Shown here: one piece after another, positions 1-8,313 of the stretch
How the letters are laid out: every line of letters starts with the position of its first letter
How positions within the stretch are numbered: position 1 is the stretch's first letter
Sequence record: SRR31156797_2854
Reading direction: 5' to 3' (one strand)
Length of the DNA: 64,000 nt
Position numbers and translations under genes: made by a program
Notes under the pieces: generated by a model
Seen by the model: only the letters and a program-made list of their open reading frames with translations
What the model was told of the DNA's origin: nothing
The model's database searches: none

Positions 1-167
1 GCCTGTCGAAAATGATAGAATCATACCTTGAAAGCCTTACCAATCAGCATAATAAAAAACAGCCAGTTACACCCCTTGTGGAAAGTTTGAGTGGAATTAT
101 CGATTTACCTGCCGATTATGATTACAAAAAGGAGTATGGAAATTTTTTAACTGAAAAGTATCAATGA
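1..167 (+). CDS. 5'-truncated antitoxin (DUF6364-like), partner of the PIN toxin
   Basis: Frame from nt 3 reads LSKMIESYLESL...TPLVESLSGIIDLPADYDYKKEYGNFLTEKYQ*. Its TGA (165-167) overlaps the PIN ATG (ATGA). Not in the ORF track. Confidence 0.75.
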   Translation, partial: LSKMIESYLESLTNQHNKKQPVTPLVESLSGIIDLPADYDYKKEYGNFLTEKYQ

Positions 168-589
168 GAAAGTTATTTCTGGATACCAATATTATCATCG
201 ACCTATTGGCAAAAAGAAATCCTTTTTACCAGGATGCTGCCACCATCTTTTCTTGTGCAGACAGCCACAAATGCACGATTTATACTTCGGCATTATCAAT
301 CACTACAACACATTATATCTTGTCGCAGCGCCTGAAACGGGAAACTGTAAAATCTGCCCTGCGAAATTTGAAATTGTTGTTGAACATCATTTCGCTGGAT
401 GATAAAATTCTTGAACTTGCACTGAATGACAATACATTTGGTGATTTTGAGGACGGAATTCAATATTATTCAGCACTCGAAAACAACATGGATTTGATCG
501 TAACAAGAAATCTCAGGGATTATAAAAATTCAAAAATTCCTGCGATGACGGCCAATCAGTTTTTGAATTCACCTCCGTTTGATTCATAG
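164..589 (+). CDS. PIN-domain (VapC-like) toxin/ribonuclease
   Basis: Acidic PIN motifs LFLDTNIIIDLL, DFEDGIQY and VTRNLRDY; 141 aa. Confidence 0.9.
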   Translation: MRKLFLDTNIIIDLLAKRNPFYQDAATIFSCADSHKCTIYTSALSITTTHYILSQRLKRETVKSALRNLKLLLNIISLDDKILELALNDNTFGDFEDGIQYYSALENNMDLIVTRNLRDYKNSKIPAMTANQFLNSPPFDS

Positions 590-607
590 AAATAAAAACA
601 AAACAAA

Positions 608-2332
608 ATGAATACCATCAAATACATCAAAAAGCACTGGCATTTACTATACGAAAATGTACACAACCCCCAACTGGAAGAGTTCCTGGCCTATCTCGAA
701 GATTTCAAAAAAAGCCGTATCATCAAACCACAGGAACCTGAATGGTACAAAGACGCCATTGTTTATTCGCTCTATGTTGATCTGTTTAACAAGGATTTTC
801 AGGGCCTGACGGAAAAACTGGACTATATCCAAAACCTGGGCGTAAATTGCCTGTGGTTATTACCTATTCTGGATTCACCCATGCGTGATGCCGGTTTCGA
901 TATCAGGCAATACACCAAAGTGAGGGATGAACTGTTGGGCCTTCCTTCAGATGCATCAGACAACGAAAAGCGGTTTGTTTTCAGGCAGTTTCTGGATGAG
1001 GCGCATAAACGTGGTTTGCGGGTAATTTTCGACATTGCCATGAACCATACCTCCGACCAGCACCCCTGGTTTGTGGAATCCCGCAAGGGGCCGGAAAACC
1101 CTTATCGCGATTTTTATATCTGGAACAAAGACACAAACCGTTATGCTGACACACGACTTTTATTCAAAGGCATGGAAGACAGCAACTGGGAACCCGATGG
1201 CAACTGGTTTTATTTCCACCGCTTTTTTGGCTTCCAGCCCGATTTGAATTACAGCAACCCGAAAGTACTCACAGAAATGTCGAAAAACCTGTTGTTCTGG
1301 CTGGGAGAAGGTGTAGATGGTTTCCGTGCCGATGCCATACCTTACCTGTGGAAAGAAGAAGGCAGCGATTGCGAAAATCTACCGAAAACACACACCATCG
1401 TAAAATTCTTCAGGGCTGTTTTGGATTATGTTAGACCTAACACATTGATGCTTGCCGAGGCCTGTCAGAAACCTGTTGAGGTGGTGAAATATTTTGGGAA
1501 TGGCGACGAATGCCATGCCGGATATCACTTCCCGCTAATGCCGCAAATGTTTAAAGCCATTGCCATGGAAAGTAACGAACCCATACGCAAAACGCTTAGC
1601 AAAGAAGTAACTCCGGAAATCCCGGACACTGCCCAATGGTTCACATTTCTGCGTTGTCATGATGAGCTAAGTCTTGAACTGGTTTATGTTTCGGAGGAAG
1701 ACAGGGCATATATACATGAGAATTATTGTCATAAACCGGAATGGGATTTCCGGGTTGGCGAAGGTGTGTCTGCAAGGCTTTCAGAGCTGATGCAACGTAA
1801 TCCGGATAAAATTTCACTGGCTTACTCCATCATGCTCACACTTCCCGGTACACCAATTATCTATTACGGTGATGAATTTGGAAAGCTGAATGATGAAGAT
1901 TATTATCTTGAAAAAATCAAAGAGACTGGCAAGGATGATACCCGATTTTTGGTGCGTGGTAAAATTGACTGGGAGCAATTAGAAATGGAATTAAAAAATA
2001 AAGAAAGCTTTTCTTCGCAGGTATTTACCAGGATTTCGGAGCAGGTAAAAAAACGAAAAAAATACAAAGCTTTTGGCCGTGGTTCAATACTCTGGCTCGA
2101 TGCTACAAATCATGACGGAAATCCAAACAACCACATTTTGGCATACATCAGGAAATGGGATACCCAGCGGATCATGGTCATCCAAAACCTTTCCGCTAAA
2201 TCCCAGAAATTTGTGCTTAATATCTCTCCTGAAATTGCCTGGGTAGACCTGTTAGGCAGCAAGGTTAAATACACCGATCAGGATCATTCCCTGGAAATGC
2301 AAGGGCATGCTTATCATTGGATTAAACTGTAG
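608..2332 (+). CDS. treS: Trehalose synthase-like GH13 (maltose alpha-D-glucosyltransferase family)
   Basis: WYKDAIVY, MNHTSDQHPWF, FHRFFGFQPDLN, catalytic motifs FRADAIPYLWKEEG, LAEACQ and FLRCHDEL, and CENLPKTH. No fused maltokinase domain. Confidence 0.75.
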   Translation: MNTIKYIKKHWHLLYENVHNPQLEEFLAYLEDFKKSRIIKPQEPEWYKDAIVYSLYVDLFNKDFQGLTEKLDYIQNLGVNCLWLLPILDSPMRDAGFDIRQYTKVRDELLGLPSDASDNEKRFVFRQFLDEAHKRGLRVIFDIAMNHTSDQHPWFVESRKGPENPYRDFYIWNKDTNRYADTRLLFKGMEDSNWEPDGNWFYFHRFFGFQPDLNYSNPKVLTEMSKNLLFWLGEGVDGFRADAIPYLWKEEGSDCENLPKTHTIVKFFRAVLDYVRPNTLMLAEACQKPVEVVKYFGNGDECHAGYHFPLMPQMFKAIAMESNEPIRKTLSKEVTPEIPDTAQWFTFLRCHDELSLELVYVSEEDRAYIHENYCHKPEWDFRVGEGVSARLSELMQRNPDKISLAYSIMLTLPGTPIIYYGDEFGKLNDEDYYLEKIKETGKDDTRFLVRGKIDWEQLEMELKNKESFSSQVFTRISEQVKKRKKYKAFGRGSILWLDATNHDGNPNNHILAYIRKWDTQRIMVIQNLSAKSQKFVLNISPEIAWVDLLGSKVKYTDQDHSLEMQGHAYHWIKL

Positions 2333-2340
2333 TATTTTTG
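2333..2340 (+). promoter_or_regulatory. Bacteroidota -7 promoter element TATTTTTG
   Basis: Matches TAnnTTTG, starts immediately after the treS stop and ends 26 nt before the ATG at 2367. Confidence 0.5.
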
Positions 2341-2366
2341 TCCTCAAATTATTTAACACAAGTTTT

Positions 2367-2594
2367 ATGGATATTCAAACTCAAAAATTAGGCCTTATTG
2401 AATGGATCACCAAATTGAATGATCAGGAGTTGATTGGTCTCCTAGGTCAGATCATGGAATCCTATCACGAAGGAAATTCCGGTGATATTTCAATGGAAGA
2501 AAGAAAATCTATTGAAAGGGGAATTGAAGATTTTAAAAATGGAAATATCCATTCTCATAATGTAGCCAGGGAAGTTTATGAAAAGTACTTATAA
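2367..2594 (+). CDS. Small putative antitoxin (addiction-module type)
   Basis: 75 aa, MDIQTQKLGLIEWITKLND...EERKSIERGIEDFKNGNIHSH. Overlaps the downstream RelE/ParE gene. Likely start is the ATG at 2367. Confidence 0.7.
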   Translation: MDIQTQKLGLIEWITKLNDQELIGLLGQIMESYHEGNSGDISMEERKSIERGIEDFKNGNIHSHNVAREVYEKYL

Positions 2595-2884
2595 GCTGAT
2601 CTGGTCTGATGAAGCTTTGAAAAACCTTAAAGATATTATCGAATATCTTGAGTGGAGATGGACAAAAAAAGAGATATCCAACTTCTCAAAATTGCTCGAT
2701 AAAAACCTCTATTTAATCCTATCAAATCCTTTTTTATTTCCAAAAAGTGATGATTTTCCTGAATTCAGGAAGGTGGTGGTTTCATATCAAACCAGTATTT
2801 ATTTCGAGCGTTGATAAGGAAATTCATTTGATCACGCTTTTTGATAATCGTCAAAATCCGAACAGACTTAAGAAAACGAAATAA
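2578..2884 (+). pseudogene. RelE/ParE-family toxin, frameshifted at about nt 2809
   Basis: YKLIWSDEALKNLKDIIEYL...TSIYFER stops at 2814. The +1 frame from 2810 gives VDKEIHLITLFDNRQNP..., the typical ParE C-terminus, ending at TAA 2882-2884. Confidence 0.75.
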
Positions 2885-2885
2885 C

Positions 2886-5800
2886 ATGCATAAACAAAAT
2901 CTCTTCGACGCCGTAATCTTCGACCTGGACGGCGTAATCACCCAAACAGCCCTTGTGCATAGCGCCGCATGGAAAAAAATGTTCGACGATTACATGAAGG
3001 AATGGTCGGCTAAAAACAATACCCCATTCCGGGAATTCGAACACGAACGCGATTACCTTCCTTACGTTGATGGAAAGCCAAGATACAAAGGCGTTCAGAG
3101 CTTCCTTGAACACCGTGGGATAGGTATCCCGTTTGGTGACCCTTCAGACGACCCTGAAAAAGAAACTGTGTGCGGACTCGGCAACCGCAAAAACCAGGTT
3201 TTTAATGATGTACTTGATCGCGATGGCGTTAAAACCTACCCTACCACGGTAAATCTCATCAAGGAATTGCTGGCCAAAGGAATCAAAGTCGGGGTAGCCT
3301 CTTCGAGTAAAAACTGCAAGGTCGTCCTTGAAGCGGCAGGAATTCTCGAACTGATGGAAACGCGTGTTGATGGTGTTGTTTCTGCTGAACTTGGACTTCA
3401 GGGAAAACCCGAACCGGATATTTTTACTGTGGCAGCCGATAACCTGGGTGTAACCTACGACAGAGCCATAGTTGTTGAAGACGCCGTTTCGGGCGTGCAG
3501 GCCGGCAAAAAAGGAAACTTCGGGCTGGTGCTTGGCATTGCCCGCGAAGAAAACCATAAGGAACTTCGCCAGAATGGTGCTGACATTGTGGTTTCTGATA
3601 TTGGAGATATTGGCCTTCAAGGCATCGAAAACTGGTTCAGGGAAGGACTGGAAGAGGACAACTGGTCGGTGAGCTTTACGGATTACGACCCCAAAAAGGA
3701 AAAATCGCGCGAAGCGTTGCTGGCCGTGGGGAATGGATATTTCGGAACCCGTGGTGCCATGGAGGAAATGAAAGCCGGAGAAAACAATTATCCGGGAACC
3801 TATATCGCCGGGCTTTACAACCGCCTCATCTCAAAAGTTGCCGGTCGGGATATCGAAAATGAAGACTTCGTGAATATTCCTAACTGGCTCGGCGTCACCT
3901 TTAAAATTGATGATGGTGAATGGTTTGATCCCAACAAATGTCAGGTTTTGGACATCTATCGCAAAATCGATTTTAAAACCGGATTGCTTTCGAAAGTGTT
4001 GACAGTCCGTGATGAAAAAGGAAGAGAGACCTTGATTCAGTCACGCCGGATGGCATCCATGGCTGATCCACATCTGGCTGCAATGGTATACAGTATTTCA
4101 CCCATCAATTATGAAGGGAAAATCACGGTGAAATCCACACTCGACGGAGATATTATCAACGATGGTGTAGCACGCTACCGACAGCTCAACCAGCAACATC
4201 TTCAGCCCAATAAAGAAGGCGCAGAAAGCAACCTGAGTTGGGTAAGTGTTTCTACCACGCAATCCGGGATAGAAATTGCTGAGGCCGCCAAGGTTAAAGT
4301 TTTCGTGGATAATGCAGATATTGATCCTGAAATCAAAAACCATATTTCAAAAGCCAAAGTTGAAAGCAGTTTTGTTGTTGATTTGAAAAAGTCGCAGGTT
4401 GTTAAGGTTGAAAAATGTGTATCCATTTACACCTCCAAACCTGATGACACCGACAAGCCGTTGCACAAAGCCAAGGTCAGTGTAATGCTGATCGAATCTT
4501 TCGACTGGTTGCATGACGAAAGCAAAACTGAATGGGAGAAAATCTGGAAAGAAATTGATGTGCAGATCGAGGGCGACCGCCTGTCGCAAAAGCTGATGCG
4601 GATGCACTTATATCATTTGATGGTATCATTCTCGCCACACAACAAGAACATCGATGCCGGCATTACCGCACGCGGACTGCATGGCGAGGCCTACCGCGGA
4701 CATATTTTCTGGGACGAACTGTTCATCCTGCCGCTGTATGCGATGCACTTTCCCGAAGCCGCCAAATCCATGCTGAAGTACCGCTACCGCCGTCTGGATA
4801 AATCACGTGAATATGCAAAAGAGCATGGCTACAAGGGTGCCATGTATGCCTGGCAAAGCGGCAGCGACGGCCGCGAAGAAACACAGGTAATTCACCTCAA
4901 CCCGATTTCCGGAGAATGGGGCGATGATTACAGTTCGCTACAACGGCATGTTTCGCTGGCTGTTGCCTACAATGTTTGGGAATACCTGAAAATTACCGGC
5001 GACAAGGAATTCATCAAAGACCATGGTGCAGAAATGTTTATGGAAATTTGTCGCTTTTGGGCCAGCAAAACCTATCGCGATGAAACTAACGGAAAGCTCT
5101 CCATCAAAAATGTGATGGGCCCGGATGAATTCCATGAGGCTTATCCCGATTCAGATGAGGGCGGACTGAAAGACAACACCTACACCAACCTGATGGTAGC
5201 CTGGGCCATGGAACGGGCTTTTGATATCCTTGACATTTTTGATAAAAATCAGCAGCAGGAAATTAAGACCAAAATCAGTCTCGCAGATCAGGAACTGGAT
5301 CATTGGAAAGAAATCTCGCACCAGCTCAACATTGTGATCCAAAATGACATCCTGGCACAGTACGACGGCTATTTTGATTTGAAAGAACTGGACTGGGATT
5401 ATTACCGTGAAAAATATGGTAACATCTACCGCATGGATCGCCTCCTGAAAGCCGAAGGCAAATCCGCCGACGATTACAAAGTAGCCAAGCAGGCCGATAC
5501 ACTTATGACCTTTTACAACCTCCCGGAAAAACGAGTTACCGAGATCCTTGAAAAACTGGGCCAGAATCTTAAATCAGGTTACCTGAAAGACAACCTGGAA
5601 TATTACCTGCAACGCACATCCCACGGCTCAACCTTATCGCGTGTTGTGCATGCCCAACTGGCCAACATGATCGGTGACGACGAGCTAAGCTGGGAATTGT
5701 ACAGCGATGCACTTAGCAGTGATTTCAATGACATTCAGGGCGGCACCACCGGCGAAGGCATCCATGCAGGCGTGATGGCCGGAACCATCCTCGTGGCACT

Positions 5801-6050
5801 CCAAACCTACGCAGGTGTGGATGTGCGGGATGGGAAACTCAACATCAATCCGCATCTGCCAAAGCACTGGCGCAGCATCAAATTCAACCTTGGATTGCAG
5901 GATAATCATTTTGCCATTGAAGTTTCACAAAATGAAGTGAAAGTGAGGTATGAAGGTGTTGATGAGAAGGTTAAGTTTTGGGTAAATGGTGAGGAGAAGG
6001 AACTTGAAAAAGGGACGAATATGATTTTTGCTATTAATAGCCACTGCTAA
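2886..6050 (+). CDS. Fusion of a HAD beta-phosphoglucomutase-like domain and a GH65 phosphorylase (trehalose-6-phosphate phosphorylase/OtsB1-like clade)
   Basis: HAD motifs FDLDGV, GKPEPD and VEDA. GH65 motifs ARGLHGEAYRGHIFWDE, GPDEFHE, KQAD and HGSTLS. Likely start is the ATG at 2886. Confidence 0.9.
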   Translation: MHKQNLFDAVIFDLDGVITQTALVHSAAWKKMFDDYMKEWSAKNNTPFREFEHERDYLPYVDGKPRYKGVQSFLEHRGIGIPFGDPSDDPEKETVCGLGNRKNQVFNDVLDRDGVKTYPTTVNLIKELLAKGIKVGVASSSKNCKVVLEAAGILELMETRVDGVVSAELGLQGKPEPDIFTVAADNLGVTYDRAIVVEDAVSGVQAGKKGNFGLVLGIAREENHKELRQNGADIVVSDIGDIGLQGIENWFREGLEEDNWSVSFTDYDPKKEKSREALLAVGNGYFGTRGAMEEMKAGENNYPGTYIAGLYNRLISKVAGRDIENEDFVNIPNWLGVTFKIDDGEWFDPNKCQVLDIYRKIDFKTGLLSKVLTVRDEKGRETLIQSRRMASMADPHLAAMVYSISPINYEGKITVKSTLDGDIINDGVARYRQLNQQHLQPNKEGAESNLSWVSVSTTQSGIEIAEAAKVKVFVDNADIDPEIKNHISKAKVESSFVVDLKKSQVVKVEKCVSIYTSKPDDTDKPLHKAKVSVMLIESFDWLHDESKTEWEKIWKEIDVQIEGDRLSQKLMRMHLYHLMVSFSPHNKNIDAGITARGLHGEAYRGHIFWDELFILPLYAMHFPEAAKSMLKYRYRRLDKSREYAKEHGYKGAMYAWQSGSDGREETQVIHLNPISGEWGDDYSSLQRHVSLAVAYNVWEYLKITGDKEFIKDHGAEMFMEICRFWASKTYRDETNGKLSIKNVMGPDEFHEAYPDSDEGGLKDNTYTNLMVAWAMERAFDILDIFDKNQQQEIKTKISLADQELDHWKEISHQLNIVIQNDILAQYDGYFDLKELDWDYYREKYGNIYRMDRLLKAEGKSADDYKVAKQADTLMTFYNLPEKRVTEILEKLGQNLKSGYLKDNLEYYLQRTSHGSTLSRVVHAQLANMIGDDELSWELYSDALSSDFNDIQGGTTGEGIHAGVMAGTILVALQTYAGVDVRDGKLNINPHLPKHWRSIKFNLGLQDNHFAIEVSQNEVKVRYEGVDEKVKFWVNGEEKELEKGTNMIFAINSHC

Positions 6051-6065
6051 CAACATTGGATCCTG

Positions 6066-6100
6066 GGGTGACTATGTTTCGTAATAGTCACCCGTTTTAT
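6066..6100 (+). terminator. Intrinsic terminator after the GH65 gene
   Basis: Stem GGGTGACTAT(6066-6075)/ATAGTCACCC(6084-6093) followed by GTTTTAT. Confidence 0.7.
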
Positions 6101-6127
6101 TTCAGGAATCTAATAACCTGCCAAAGT

Positions 6128-6289
6128 TTACTTTTTCAAATCACGGGCTTTGACTTTAACAATTTTTCCGTCTTTTGAAAAGACCAATTCCTCATCATTT
6201 TTTTGCTTTGAGGCTAGCAGTCTTTCATAAGAAAGCTCAATGCCCTTAATAATTTTTTCTCGTAATATTCTTAAATTATCCTGAGTCAT
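6128..6289 (-). CDS. 53-aa small protein translationally coupled to the zeta-like ATPase
   Basis: MTQDNLRILREKIIKGIELSYERLLASKQKNDEELVFSKDGKIVKVKARDLKK*, with an ATGA overlap with the upstream ORF stop. Below the ORF-track cutoff. Confidence 0.7.
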   Translation of the reverse strand: MTQDNLRILREKIIKGIELSYERLLASKQKNDEELVFSKDGKIVKVKARDLKK

Positions 6290-6852
6290 TTTGATATGAT
6301 TTTATCAAACAATTGTTTTTCATGTATTTGCATATTTTGATTTTTATTCCCTTCTGCAATTATTTTAAACGGAGACTTAGAGTTATCTATTATCATCCAA
6401 TAATCACAAACAGGTAAATATAGCCTGGATAGATTCTTAATTCCGGAATAGTACCTTCGATAAATAACTTCTTCCTGAATATTATGTCCTCCTGCTAAAA
6501 CTCTTGTTTGTACCCGTTCGACTGCAAGTTCAGGTGAGTTCAGCCAAAAATATAAAAGGGTCACAAAATATCCTGACTTTTGTGCTTTGTCAATAAATCT
6601 TGTGAAGGATCTGGATGCAAGGGTGGTTTCAAAAGCAAAATCAATTTTTTCTTCTATAAAATCACTAATCCTCTTTAACATTATCCTTCCTGCGTCTATC
6701 GCTGCCTGTTCCGGCTGAAAAGGTGAAAGACCTTTGGCTATTTCATCAGCGTTTACAAATTCTTTACAATTCAACATCTCAGGCAAAACAGTATAGGAAG
6801 CTGTAGTCTTACCAGCACCATTGCAACCGCTTATTATGTATAGATTTGGCAT
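6286..6852 (-). CDS. Zeta-toxin-like P-loop ATPase/kinase (COG4185-type)
   Basis: GCNGAGKTT Walker A, FVNADEIA, FETTL and RVQTRVLAGGHNI. Confidence 0.85.
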   Translation of the reverse strand: MPNLYIISGCNGAGKTTASYTVLPEMLNCKEFVNADEIAKGLSPFQPEQAAIDAGRIMLKRISDFIEEKIDFAFETTLASRSFTRFIDKAQKSGYFVTLLYFWLNSPELAVERVQTRVLAGGHNIQEEVIYRRYYSGIKNLSRLYLPVCDYWMIIDNSKSPFKIIAEGNKNQNMQIHEKQLFDKIISK

Positions 6853-6907
6853 TCTATGATAAAAATTTTAACCCGGATTTACTACATGGAAATTGCAGAT
6901 ACACTTG

Positions 6908-6915
6908 CAAAGGTA
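6908..6915 (-). promoter_or_regulatory. -7 promoter element TACCTTTG for the zeta-like cassette
   Basis: CAAAGGTA on the + strand, about 55 nt upstream of the ATG at 6852. Confidence 0.5.
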
Positions 6916-7021
6916 TTAGTTTTTATGATGGATTAAATATATTCAACACACCATTATGTTTTGTGGTTACTTTCTATTCATTCTTCCATATTGATAATTT
7001 AATGCCAAAGAGTCATAAATA

Positions 7022-7358
7022 TATGGCGATGCCCTCAGCAGCGATCAACGATATCCAGGGCGGCACCACCGGCATAGGCATCCATGCAGGGGTAATGGCC
7101 GGCACCATCCTCGTGGCACTCAAAACTTATGCCGGCGTGGATGTTCGGGATGGAAAACTCAACATCAATCCGCATCTGCCAAAACACTGGCGAAGCATTA
7201 AATCTAATTTGGGACTGCAAGAAAATAAATTCGAAATTGAAATTTCACTAAATGAAGTGAAAGTGAAATATGAGGGTAAAGAAGAAAAATTAAAGTTTTG
7301 GGTGAATAGCGAGGAAAAGGAATCTACAAATAATCAAGAAGTAGCAGTCAGCTTATAG
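7022..7358 (+). pseudogene. Orphan diverged copy of the GH65 3' end
   Basis: 7022-7322 aligns with 5700-6002 (DIQGGTTG.GIHAGVMAGTILVAL.TYAGVDVRDGKLNINPHLPKHWRSIK). It has a 2-nt deletion near its start and no 5' part. Confidence 0.9.
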
Positions 7359-7366
7359 GAATTAAC

Positions 7367-7400
7367 AACTCTTACAGGGTTTTGGAACCCTGTCAGAGTT
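7367..7400. repeat. Inverted repeat (REP-like element or terminator hairpin)
   Basis: AACTCT-t-ACAGGGTT...AACCCTGT-c-AGAGTT, directly after the orphan GH65 stop. Confidence 0.55.
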
Positions 7401-7579
7401 TCTCACATTAATTCAAGTTAAGTTGACCAGAATTCCTGACTGTGCTTATCATTACTCCGGTTAAGCTTTTTCCACACTTCCCTACATCTTCCAACAAATA
7501 ACATTTGCTTAACACGCCTTTGGCAATAATTGAAATTTACAAAGGTTATTTGGACTGTTAATTGATAAACAACAGAGTT

Positions 7580-8224
7580 ATGCTACACGATCTGATCACC
7601 ATAACACCACGCCACGAAAATGCCGCAAGATTGATTCTCGATAAATTGATGGAACTGCGTGCAAGCGAACCCAAAGATAAAATGCTCATCACCATCTCTG
7701 GTGAAGTGGGCTCGGGAAAATCAACCGTTTCGGTTGTCCTGGGGCGAATGCTCAAAAAACACGACATCCGCACTAAAATAATCGACCTGGACGACTACTA
7801 TAAAATACCGCCGCGCGAACGTCGGAAATGGAGAATGGAACACGGCCTGGAAAGCATCGGGTATGATGAGTATAACTGGGACAAACTGAACCAGAACATC
7901 ACCGATTTCCGCCGGAATCGAAAATCCTCCATGCCCTGCGTGGATCTGGTTAGCGGATATGTTGATGAACTCAACACCGATTTTAAAGGGGTGGATCTGC
8001 TGATCGTAAATGGCCTTTACTCCCTGAAAATCGAAGATGCCGACCTGAAAGTGATGATCGAGCAGACCTACGACGAAACCCGCGATGCCCAGGTTTACAG
8101 CCAGAAAGAAGCCATCGATGCCTACAGGTTACAAGTTTTGCAGCGTGAACATGAAGTAGTGCAATCGCTAAAATCCAAGGCTGACTTCTTCATAGACTTT
8201 GAAAACAGCTTTTACCATTTGTAG
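7580..8224 (+). CDS. Uridine kinase/phosphoribulokinase-like P-loop protein (paralog 1)
   Basis: ISGEVGSGKST, DLDDYY, MPCVD and IVNGLY. Confidence 0.8.
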   Translation: MLHDLITITPRHENAARLILDKLMELRASEPKDKMLITISGEVGSGKSTVSVVLGRMLKKHDIRTKIIDLDDYYKIPPRERRKWRMEHGLESIGYDEYNWDKLNQNITDFRRNRKSSMPCVDLVSGYVDELNTDFKGVDLLIVNGLYSLKIEDADLKVMIEQTYDETRDAQVYSQKEAIDAYRLQVLQREHEVVQSLKSKADFFIDFENSFYHL

Positions 8225-8313
8225 CATTTTTCATTGCTCACATATCGATAATACAGGCGGAATTATATATTTTCGCCTGTATTTATTTTTGAACCATTAT
8301 AAATTGATGCCAT

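Noticed and set aside
2841-2885. N-terminal extension of the GH65 fusion from the ORF track
   Set aside because: This stretch is the shifted C-terminus of the ParE gene. The ATG at 2886 directly precedes the HAD motif.
5700-7322. Diversity-generating retroelement TR/VR pair
   Set aside because: The differences are mostly synonymous and not restricted to adenines, and no reverse transcriptase is in the window.
6846-7358. 170-aa ORF as a real gene
   Set aside because: The N-terminal third is AT-rich promoter-region sequence of the opposite cassette. Only the GH65-tail copy is coding-derived.
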